The notes under the pieces were generated by a model. That model was not told where the DNA came from and did no database searches. It worked only from the letters and a program-made list of their open reading frames with translations. A DNA stretch of 62,887 nucleotides, the filler included, from Pirum gemmata (taxonomy: Eukaryota), in the NCBI GenBank assembly GCA_002812295.1. It is 13 parts of 13 records of this genome, joined end to end, with 100 filler letters (N's around TTAATTAATTAA, not from the genome) between each part and the next. Parts side by side here need not be neighbours in the genome. Positions count along the whole stretch, not along the records: positions 9,594 to 14,266 come from PDIN01000961.1; positions 14,367 to 19,049 come from PDIN01000962.1; positions 19,150 to 23,849 come from PDIN01000963.1; positions 23,950 to 29,684 come from PDIN01000964.1; 9 more parts are not named here. One strand, written 5' to 3'. This document shows positions 13,191 to 23,999 of this stretch, one piece after another (the stretch's first letter is position 1; each line of letters begins with the position of its first letter). The translations under genes and the position numbers were made by a program.

Positions 13191-13456
13191 GGGAGCGTTC
13201 AATAATTACGTAACGCCGATTTGGGACAAAAACCTACCCTACTACCCCCCGTGTAACTGCCTGTCACGTTTGAGAAGGACTACCTACCACTTATGACGTA
13301 ACGATTTGGAAAAAATAGTACCCTAAATTACCCCTCATGTTATATATATATATAGCAAAAAAGTGGTTTTTTGCGTTATGTCNGCGTCACGGCCTGTCAC
13401 AAAAATCCGACCCCCCCTACCTACCCCCAAGCGTTACGTAATTATTGAACGCTCCC
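13191..13456. mobile_element. PIF/Harbinger-like MITE family A, complete copy
   Basis: 26-bp perfect TIR GGGAGCGTTCAATAATTACGTAACGC / GCGTTACGTAATTATTGAACGCTCCC. Related ends occur at about 14367-14420, 18756, 29785-29835, 31483, 10466, 10689 and 11007. Confidence 0.8.
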
Positions 13457-14763
13457 CTACTAGTATTTCAGATGTAGATGACACCTTTAGAAAAAGTCTA
13501 ATTTATGTGTAAATCAGTTATACAACAGCTTAGCACTAGCTAAAAGTAGACACTATAGTATGAATGAAAAGTTGATAACTATTAGTAGCTAGACCTAGTA
13601 GTATTACACTGTAGTATAGGCTGTATAGCTACCATGTTAGACAGATAAAAAAACTCTGCTGGGCTAGCTAGTTAGCTAGGCTGGTATTGATATAAAAAGT
13701 GTATATGATATAAAAGGTGGCTATCAACTGTAGTATAGCTACCATGTTAGACAGATAAAAAAACTCTGCTGGGCTAGCTAGGCTACTAGCTAGTAGCTAG
13801 TTAGCTAGGCTGGTATTGATATAAAAAGTGTATATAAAAGGTGGCTATCAATGCCCATCAGGCCCATCATTATCGACTTCTCTAGCTAGTATCGATGCTC
13901 GAATATCTCGAATATTGAACAAAATAAAAAAAAGAAGGCCACGAGCTAGCTAGCTCTAGCTCTACTACTGCTAGCTAGCTAGCTAGCTAGCTAGAGTAGA
14001 CTCAGACTCACTCAGTCAGAGTCAGTCTCGCTCACTCAATAGTCTATGTGATTTCATAAAAACTATTTCATAGCTATTGATACTATCAATAGCTACTACT
14101 AGCTACTAGCTAGCTAGCTAGTAGAGGAGGGGTGAGCACCCCCTTTTGCGGGCGAGGGGTGAAGTGGAAGGCTATTCGCCACTTCGCAGTTACCATAAAT
14201 AGTATTTATTAGCTACTATTTTTAGAAGCTTCTATTAATAGTAGCTATTATACTATTTAAAGTAATNNNNNNNNNNNNNNNNNNNNNNNNNNNNNNNNNN
14301 NNNNNNNNNNTTAATTAATTAANNNNNNNNNNNNNNNNNNNNNNNNNNNNNNNNNNNNNNNNNNNNATTTGAAGCTGTATTTGACTGGAAATTGGCGTTA
14401 CGTAGTATTTGAAGACCCCCCCCCTAACTACTCCACTTCTAACTTCTAAAAAAGTTCAAAGTTTTCTTTTGAAATCCTTGACCAATGCCAAGTTTTTTCT
14501 TTCTATCATTATCTAATTAATATTTGTATAGTCACACAATGACAACATTCGTTTTCGTGCAACAATGACTCAATTAGGCAAAAATTATTAGAACATAGTC
14601 TAAAATAATAAAAGAATATTGATAATAATAATAACAATGGGGCAGAGTAACGGATGAAAATAATAGTATATTAGTTAGCGTGAAAAACAGCAAAATTCAA
14701 AAACAAAATAATAATAAAAACATATCACAATAACAACAGTAAAGAAAAAAGAAAAAAAAAAAG

Positions 14764-15855
14764 ATGATTCAAGTATTTTCTACCCTTAGCTTTTTGCGAT
14801 TATTGGCTTTCGCTTCTACAGTCGTTTCTGCTGCGACTGTAGACAACCGATGTAGTCTACATTACCCTAGTGATTACGTATTTAGTGTAACTCGTAATTT
14901 CACTTACTTTTCTGCTAACGAATTAGCAGTCTTCAATAGTAAAAACATTACCAATGAAATTACTAGTGATGATTTCGATATGCTTAAATTCGAAAACGAT
15001 TGCTTTGAACGATGTAAATTCAACCCGTCTTGCGTGGCTTTTTTATGGACTTTTCAAATACATGTTCCTTTCTATTGTAAATTATATCAAAAAGGAAACA
15101 ATGAAAAGCTTTCAAGTAGTAAATATCATAACTTCTACACTATGTCAACATGCCCTCACGTTGAACACTTCGTTGAACAAACAACGTGTAAAACAAAATA
15201 CGCTAACGATTATTCCTGGAGAATCTCTCACCAAGGTGATATGAGCGGGTTTCATTACTATCAAGCTAATAAACTTGTTGATTTAAGATTTGTTGATAGT
15301 GTGGACGAATGCTTTGAAGAGTGTATATCCAACGCTACTTGTGTTGCATTCATGTGGGGTACTGCAGCGAGATGTACTTTATATCAAAAAGGCCACCAAG
15401 AAACCAAACTAGCAAGCGGGAAAACTTATGATTTCTATACCGTTGGTGACTGTAAAGCAAAAGTTACTACTCAAATTAAAATTAAAGATGGTAATACCGA
15501 CATGTGCGTTTCTATTGATGGCAATAAGATGAAAAGTGGACAAAACATTCAATTACGGAAATGTTCTAAAAACAACAAAGGTCAAACTTTTATTGTAAAG
15601 TCAAATGGTTTGATAAGAGTGGCTGCAAAGCCTGAATATTGTGTTATTGTCAAATCAGATTCTGCAGGTTTGGGTACAAACATTGAACTTGGCCATTGTA
15701 ACGAAAATGATAATAATCAATATTGGACTGTAGAAAACAATCAACTAAAACTAGAACTAAAAAGATATTCACCGCTCACTTATGATACTATGGTAGTAGA
15801 CTCTATGTATGGAAACGTTAACAATGGGGACAACGTACAAATATTAAAAAAGTGA
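14764..15855 (+). CDS. Secreted protein with two PAN/Apple-like domains and a C-terminal ricin-B (QxW) lectin domain
   Basis: Hydrophobic signal peptide. Two Cys repeats, CFERCKFNPSCVAFLW..CKLYQK and CFEECISNATCVAFMW..CTLYQK. Then MCVSIDG..GQNIQLRKC..GQTF and YCVIV..IELGHC..NQYW, typical ricin-B subrepeats. Confidence 0.85.
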   Translation: MIQVFSTLSFLRLLAFASTVVSAATVDNRCSLHYPSDYVFSVTRNFTYFSANELAVFNSKNITNEITSDDFDMLKFENDCFERCKFNPSCVAFLWTFQIHVPFYCKLYQKGNNEKLSSSKYHNFYTMSTCPHVEHFVEQTTCKTKYANDYSWRISHQGDMSGFHYYQANKLVDLRFVDSVDECFEECISNATCVAFMWGTAARCTLYQKGHQETKLASGKTYDFYTVGDCKAKVTTQIKIKDGNTDMCVSIDGNKMKSGQNIQLRKCSKNNKGQTFIVKSNGLIRVAAKPEYCVIVKSDSAGLGTNIELGHCNENDNNQYWTVENNQLKLELKRYSPLTYDTMVVDSMYGNVNNGDNVQILKK

Positions 15856-17159
15856 GGGAATTAATAAGGGAATTAATAAAATGTACATGCGACAGTTTTA
15901 TTATGTTTTAATTAGCGGCTGTACAATATAATACATACTTGAATTTTTCATCAATATTACTAGTAGTACTGCTGTTAGATATATCATTTTTAATTAGAGG
16001 GCCATGATTTTGCTTAGGCTAATTAGTCAAGTATTATCTTCTGCGTCTTATTTCTTTTTAGCACTGTCCTTGTCTGATTCCTTCGTTGGTAGAGCTACCC
16101 TACAAGCAGATCGGTCTTTTATTATTCTTTTTTATTCTTTTTCTTGTTGTTGTTGCATATGAATTAAGACCAATTAAAGAGAAAACTATGCAACTTATTA
16201 CGCTTTTTTATTAAAAATAAGTTTTAATTATATGTCAAATTTCAAAAAATATAATTTTTTTTTTTTTTTTTTCCTGAAAGTTTCCAATTCTCACATTATA
16301 TCTTTTTATTTATTAATTTTAATATGCATATTCAGATGGCATATTATGATAAAAAGACAAAATAATAAAAATTATTTTAAAAAATCCCAAAATTAGCTAG
16401 ATTATCAAAATAATCATTATAATATAATCCTATATAATATGATATAATATGTATATATATTTACTATAATATTATATAATAATATTATTAATATATATCC
16501 ATAACCTTATAATAATTAATTACTATAATGCTTATTATAATAACTATACAACATGCGTCAGCACTGCTGGTTTATTCTTTTTCTGATTTACATGCTCTAT
16601 TTATACTTGGAGTTTTGAATTTACAGTAAATTTGATTTATTTTATATTTAAAACTTATATCGATATTATATATACTTATGCCTGCGGCATTAGCGTGATA
16701 TTCACAATAATCTAAATCAAAAAATTCTCAAGTCAGGTTTAAACCTTTTAATTAATTAAAGTTCTTTTAATTTTAAATGATTTCTAAAACCATTTATTTG
16801 GATCGGAAATTAGGAATAAGCTGGTGTAATTCAATACCAATAACTATTGGACAAATTTGAACGTACTCTTAATTTTAATATTACGATTTTGAATCTTTTA
16901 ATTAATTAAAATAAGAAAAAACGTTATGACAATTACAGAAACATGCTATGACAATTACAGCTTTTTAATATATTAATGTCAAAGAGGTTTTTATTTACAC
17001 TGTTTATTAGATTTTATTGAAAAGTTAATGTTAATTAAAAAGGTTTTTATTTACATTGTTTTGTTAGATTTATATATAATATTGTTTATTAATTTTTTTA
17101 AATATTAGCGCTTAAAATCAAGCACCTGAGGCAGGGCTCTGAGGTGAGTTTTGTTTTTC

Positions 17160-17530
17160 GGGTTTAGGGTTTAGGGTTTAGGGTTTAGGGTTTAGGGTTT
17201 AGGGTTTAGGGTTTAGGGTTTAGGGTCTGGGGCTTAGAGTTTAGAATTTGTAGTTTAGTTCTGTTTAGTTATAATTGGATGCCATCCAGTGAGGCGACGT
17301 GATGGTTAGGGTTAACGTTAGCATTAGAGTTATTAGGGTTAGGGTTAGGATTAGGGTTAGGGTTAGGGTGAAAGGGACAGGGTTAATTAAAGAGTTAGGA
17401 TTAAAGGGTTAATTAAGGTTAAAGAGTTAGGGTTAGGGTTAGGGTAATTAGGGTTAGCTGTTTAGGGTTAGCTGTTTAGGGTTAGGGTTAGCTAGGTTAA
17501 GGGTTAGAGTTAGCTGGGTTTTAAGGGTTT
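17160..17530 (+). repeat. (TTTAGGG)n heptamer tract followed by degenerate (TTAGGG)n
   Basis: About nine perfect TTTAGGG units at 17160-17226, then TTAGGG variants. Confidence 0.9.
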
Positions 17531-18339
17531 AGGATTAAAACAAACAAACCATCAACAAATTTATAAAGTAAAAACTAATCAGTAATGGTAGCAGTAGTAA
17601 TTATTATTGTTGTTAAAATAAGCTGTAGAGGACTATAGAGGCAAAAACACCTAGCTAGGAAAAAGCAATGGAAAAACACTATCATAATTATTACATAGGA
17701 TTTGTGCTGGATGTGTGCCTAGCTAGTGGCCCTCGCTCGGTGAGTCTACCCCACACAGAGCGCTATCACAGGCGAGGGTTAGGGTTAGGGTTAGGGTTAG
17801 GGTTAGGGTCTAGGTCCTAGCTAGGATCATAAAATGTTCATGTTATGCATTGTGTAGAATTTGCTCGGAGATGGCTGATACACTGACTACAGTTTTTTAG
17901 ACTACTAGCTAGACACTACTACTAGCTACTCTAGTAGGCTTCCGTCTACTACTACTACTGGCAGAGTAGTGCTATCATAGTTAGCTAGACCTACTATTTT
18001 TAAAAACTAGCTAACTACTCTAGCTAGGTGGGGTCTTGAGTCTTGACTCTTGGGTTAAATGACTCAATTATAACTCCCACTCCCAGCTAGCTTCAATCAA
18101 TACAGCTCTCAATCAGTACTCTACTACTCTTTTAGTCTACTACTAGCAAGCCTAGGTCTAGTAGCAACTGTGCCTAGCTAGCTGGCAGCTGTTCACTTGT
18201 TGGATAGTTATCATAGCTAATAACCCTTTATTAACCCTAACCCTATTTTAAACCCTAACCCTAACCCTAACCCTAGCCCTACACACTACACACTACACAC
18301 TACACACTGCACACTACACACTGCACACTACTACACACT

Positions 18340-18665
18340 AACCCTTACCCTTACCTTAACCCTTACTTTAACCTTAAAACCTTAAAAACCTTAAAACCTT
18401 AATTAAACCTTAACCTTAACCTTAACCTTAAACTTAAACCTTAACCTTAACCTTAACCTTAATCTTAACCTTAACCTTAACCTTAACCTTAACCTTAACC
18501 TTAACCTTAACCTTAACCTTAACTTTAACCTTAACCTTAACTTTAACTTGAACTTTAACCTTAGCCTTAGCCTTAACCTTAACCTTAAAACCTTAACCTT
18601 AACCTTAATAACCTTAACCTTAATTAACCTTAACCTTAACCTTAACCTTTTAACCCTAACCCTTT
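18340..18665 (+). repeat. (TAACCT)n telomere-variant array
   Basis: Long run of cttaac units adjoining TAACCC units at 18235-18275. Confidence 0.9.
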
Positions 18666-19234
18666 ACCAGTAGAGTTTAGATGGGGTCTATGAAAATTGA
18701 ATATCACAGGATAATTATAATATTATCAGTTTGGTTATAATTATGATATATACACGGGAGCGTTCAAATACTACATAACGCCAATTTCCCGTCAAATACA
18801 GCTTCAAGCCTTCAAACAGGTGTTATTTTTAAAAAAAATAAAAATAGAACTCTTGAAAAGATTCAATAAATAGCCAATCACTGGGACACAAAAAATAATG
18901 ACCAAAGCAGGAGACATTTTTTTTTAGATAATCTTTTGGCAGCTGTGGAAAGTTGAAACCCCTCTTTTTAGGATATTATCTTTTGGCAGCTGTTCCTAGG
19001 TTGAAAGTTGAAAGTTGAAACCACCCCAGCAAACTCCCCCCGCACCCCCNNNNNNNNNNNNNNNNNNNNNNNNNNNNNNNNNNNNNNNNNNNNTTAATTA
19101 ATTAANNNNNNNNNNNNNNNNNNNNNNNNNNNNNNNNNNNNNNNNNNNNTAATAATAATAATAATAATAATAATTGGTTAAAAAAATCAGGTCTAGAGAT
19201 AGGTCCAGAGATATAATAATATTTATTCTTCATA

Positions 19235-22200
19235 TTAATATCTATTAATAATATCCATTACATTAATAAAAATTGAATTTTCTTCAGTAAAGTTTTTGCT
19301 ATTTTTAATTTCAAGTCTGTTTGAAGTTACTAAAAAAGATCTAAGTTGTTTTGCCATTCCTTTAGGGAATCTTTGTTGCTTGATATATTGACATAAATTT
19401 TTATACGAAAGATTTTTTTCAAACTGGTATTGATATTCTTCTTGAAAAGAATAATTTTCAAGTTGATTATAAAAAGTGTTAACTATACTAGTTTTGCATA
19501 ATTTGACTATGTTTGTAACATTGCTATGTTTATCTAAGTAAATACATAAAAAATTTACGTGTTCTAAATCGTTACTATATTTACTAATCAATTGTTCCAT
19601 TGAAATATGAAATGAAGACTTTTTTAACGGACTATTACCTGTTCCAACACCTTTAGTTTTAGTTTTCTTAGGTTTTGGGGTATTTTTTTCATTTTGTTTT
19701 TTTCGCTTTGTTGCTCCATTTTTCTTTGATACGACACTTGTTTCTTTTCGTTTTTTATGTTGTCCAATATAATTTACTGGTGCATTATCATCAATTAAAA
19801 TATCATCATTGTCATTGTCATTGTCATTGTCATTGTCATTGTCATTGTCATTGTCATTGTCATTGTCATTGTCATTGTCATTGTCATTGTCATTGTCGAG
19901 TTGTTTTTTTGTGAAAATAGGGAAATCTCTGAATCTATAATTTGATTTTTGAAAAATTATAATATGAAATTCATTTATATATAAGTCTTTAATACTACGC
20001 ATATTATCTTCATTGTTATTATAATAATTATTATGATCAGAAGGGCCAATTACATCAAAAGATTGTAGTAATACAAGTGAATCATCCTCTTTATGTTGCT
20101 TTTCTAATGCCTTTATCATTCTTTCCACGTCTTCATACAACCTTTCAATTGTAGCTTTACTATAAGTATTCTTGAAAGAATACTTGTAATTATTAAAATG
20201 TAAAGGACCTGATACTGATTTTTTTGATTTTGGCTTCTTGTCAATTTTATCCATAAAATTATTAATTTCCTTCATTTCTTTGTAAAAGTTAGGTGGTACA
20301 ACGGGAGGCATAGAAATATGTCCTTTGGTAAATAAATCATGTCTTCCTTCATAATATTTTGACCGTTGAGTATAAAACTCTTTAAATCTTGCCAATTTCA
20401 GTAAGTTATTTTCTAAGTCAGCGTTCCTATTTTCTTTAACAACTTCTGGTTCCGTTTTTCGATTTAGTCCAACAATATTTGACATCTTTAGTAATATAGT
20501 ATTTACCCTCGCTGTTTTATTTGAGTCTCTTACTTTCTCCATTTGGTAGAACAGATCCCATAATTGTTGTTTAAAATAATCTAAATTTACCTTCATTTCT
20601 TTATAATTTTTTTTACGTCTAGCCACTTCATATGCATTATTAACCATCAAATCTAATTCATGTTTCCTATATGAAGGATTTTTTTGTGCTTCTTCCATAG
20701 AATTAAATAAGTTTACATTACAACCATGTACTGGACAAGTAATATTATCAGTTTCACATGTACAGTTAGTGAGAATAGTGGTAGTGGTAGAAGGGGTGAG
20801 AATAGTGGTAGTAGTTGTAGTGGTAGGTGTAGATGTAGAAGTAGTAGGGAAAGAGGTAGAAGTGGTAGGGTAAGAAGGGGTGAGAATAGTGGTAGTAGTT
20901 GTAGTGGTAGGTGTAGATGTAGAAGCAGTAGAGGTAGCAGTGGTAAAAGTGGTAGGTTTAGAAGGGGTGAGAATAGTGGTAGTAGTTGTAGTGGTAGGGG
21001 TAGAGGTAGTGGTAGAGATAGAAGTGGAAGAGGTAGTAGTTGTAGTGGTAGGGGTAGAGGTAGTGGTAGAGATAGAAGTGGAAGAGGTAGTAGTGGTAGT
21101 AGTTGTAGTGGTAGGGGTAGAGGTAGTGGTAGAGATAGAAGTGGAAGAGGTAGAAGAAGTGGTAGAGGTAGAAATGGTAGAGGTAGAGGTAGAAGTTGTA
21201 GGTTTAGAAGGGGTGGTAGTAGATGTAGTGGTAGGTGTAGATGTAGAAGTGGTAGTGGTAGTGGTAGATGGAGTGGAGTTAGTAGTGGTAGTGTTAGTAA
21301 GGGTAGTGGTAACAGAGTTAAAAGGCGCAGAGTTAGTGGTAATAGTGGTAGATGGAGTGGAGTTAGTAGTGGGGGTGAAGTTAGTAGTGGGGGTAGAGTT
21401 AGTAGTGGAGGTAGAGTTAGAGTTAGTAGTTGTAGAATTAGAGTTAGTGGTAGATGCGTTAGTAGAGTTAGTAGTTGTAGAATTAGAGTTAGTGGTAGAT
21501 GCGTTAGTAGAGTTAGTAGTTGTAGAATTAGAGTTAGTGGTAGATGCGTTAGAGTTAGTAGTTGTAGAATTAGAGTTAGTGGTAGATGCGTTAGAGTTAG
21601 TAGCGGAGGTAGAGTTAGTAGTGGTAGTGGAGGTAGGGGTTGTAGTAGTGGTAGTTGTAGAGTTAGTAGTTGTAGAAGGGGTAGTTCTAGAGTTAGATGT
21701 AGATGCGTTAGTAGAGTTAGTAGTAGTTGTAGAGTTAGTGTTAGTAGAATACGCAGTAGTAGTGGTTTTCTTTCTTCTTTCTTGTCTTCCTGTGGTAGGG
21801 GTAGACCCAATGGTAGTGGATGACGCAGTATTTCTTTCACGTATTGGGTTTATTCTTCTTTCTTGTCTTTTTTCTTGTCTTTTTTCTTGTCTTTTTTCTT
21901 GTCTTCTTCTCGTTTCTTGTCTCGTTTCCCTTTCTCTTTCTTCTTCTAGTCTTCTTTCTCTTTCTTTTTCTAGTCTTCTCGCTTCCCTTTCTCTTTCTTT
22001 TTCTAGTCTTCTCGCTTCCCTTTCTCTTTCTTTTTCTCTTTCTTTTTCGTCATGTTCACGTTTATCTTGATAAAGAATAAAATTACTCTTTTCTTTCTTT
22101 AATAGTATCTCTCGTGCTGGGTTCAAAATATTAGAGTAATCACTGAAGAATGTTGAATTAATTACTTTCTTATTAGGTATTTCGAAATGATCACCAATAT

Positions 22201-23828
22201 AAAGCATACACGGTATATTTTTTAATTCTTCCAATTGACACTTTCGACAACGACCACCTCCTTGAATACAAGAAGTAATAACCCCTCTGTTAATTTCTTT
22301 TTTCAATTTCCCATTTTCAATAGAAATATTAAAAAAACTAAACATATCAGCAGATTTATAATCTGTTCCAACAATACCGGCCTGTGAAGTAAAAATCAAT
22401 GATATCATAAGTTTACTATTGTTTCCATAATCATTAATATTAATACTTCTGCTATCTTCTTTAGGTAAAAATTTTTTGAATAAAGTACTGGAACTAGCAT
22501 TTTGAAATATGGTTCTAATTTCAACATTATCCAAGTCACTTACTAATCTATTATCATACATACAGTCCGATAAGTAATAAAAGTTTATTTCAGATACACT
22601 ACCTTTGCCATTCTTTTTTTTTTTGTTATACTTTAACCTAATAATTATGTTATTTTCCATATCTTTAACAAGGTTTCTTATAAGAGCATTATCATCATCA
22701 TTATTATAAAATTGCTTCATATACTCATAAATTAGACCTGTACTTATATCATTTTTCAAATGATATAAAACAACAAGTGAAAATATACTAATTGTATAAC
22801 CTTCTGAAAAACTCGCAATAGACATACTAGACAAACTATGTTTACTACAACTACACATATAATCTCTACAATAGCCTTGCTCTAATTTTAGATTAACACA
22901 CTTTTCCTTGCACTTCTTTTTCATACAATCTATTTTTTTCTTTAGAATATCAAAAGAAAATGAAACGTTTAAAATCATCCATACCAAAACCTCCTTTACA
23001 GTATCATTATACTTATTGTTTTGTATTTGTAAAAACTTGTTTATTTCTTCAATAACATCTTTGTCGTGTGATTTGAATATATCATTAATGTTAACTTCAT
23101 CTAATAGTTCATTTCCTTCCCTATAAAAGAATTAAAAATTAAAAATTAAAAATTAAAAATTAAAAAAAAATACAATACCATTACATAAAAAAAATACATA
23201 AAAAATACATAAAAAATAAAAAAAATAAACATTATAATAAAAAAATAAAAAAAAATAATACCTTAAGTCAACAACATTTAAATTAGACTTCAAGAAACAA
23301 ATATCATTAGGATTCTTTAAATGTTTCTCTCCAATTAACAGTACTTTTCGTAAGCAATTAAGTTTTTTATATTCTGGGGCATTATTGTATGTTTTTATCA
23401 TCCAATTATTGTTTTCATTTAAATTTTTATAAAAATCTGGAATTGTACCACTGTAAGCAAAAATAAATTTAGTCCTAAAATTCAACTTAGCAATATATGA
23501 TTTAACCTGGGCATCTGAAAGTTTAGATAAGAAAACATTCTTCTCTCTTCTTTTGAAAAGTAAATCACGCGATAGAGGAAAATGAGCTTCAATAATAGTT
23601 ACATCAATATAACTTCCAAAATTATGGCAAAATTGTAAAACGTTATTATATGACAAAGGTAATCCAAAAAATAAAGTAAATTTTTTTTTGTTTCGACCAT
23701 AATCATTAACATTATTATACAAATCAATACTCCAAGTTTTTCTAGTATTATTTAATTTCCAATCTTGATAATGTTTTTTACAAAACAAAGAATATTGATT
23801 TTCCTGTCCGGTGGTAAAACATTGAGCC
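19235..23828 (-). CDS. 5'-partial SF2 (DExH/RecQ-related) helicase-like protein resembling telomere-linked/Y'-type helicases; exons 23828-23262 and 23120-19235
   Basis: A phase-2 GT-AG intron at 23261-23121 joins the 211-aa and 1250-aa ORFs in frame. Motifs occur in order: II-like IIEAH, III YSGTIP, V FTSQAGIVGTDY, VI IQGGGRCRK. These are followed by a charged coiled coil, a T/N/S minisatellite, a small Cys/His cluster and an unknown C-terminus. Confidence 0.7.
20770..21760 (-). repeat. Coding minisatellite (42-45 bp units, TNASTTNSNSTTTNS; TSTPTTTTT units) within the helicase-like ORF
   Basis: Tandem units such as gagttagtagttgtagaattagagttagtggtagatgcgtta at about 21410-21600, all frame-preserving. 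Confidence 0.9.
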
Positions 23829-23999
23829 CTAAATAAATAAATAAATAAANNNNNNNNNNNNNNNNNNNNNNNNNNNNNNNNNNNNNNNNNNNNTTAATTA
23901 ATTAANNNNNNNNNNNNNNNNNNNNNNNNNNNNNNNNNNNNNNNNNNNNGCTAATGCTAACGCTAATAAACCAAACTAACCCTAACCCTATATATACAG

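Noticed and set aside
20713..22080. 365-396 aa overlapping ORFs
   Set aside because: Shadow frames of the Thr minisatellite in the helicase-like gene.
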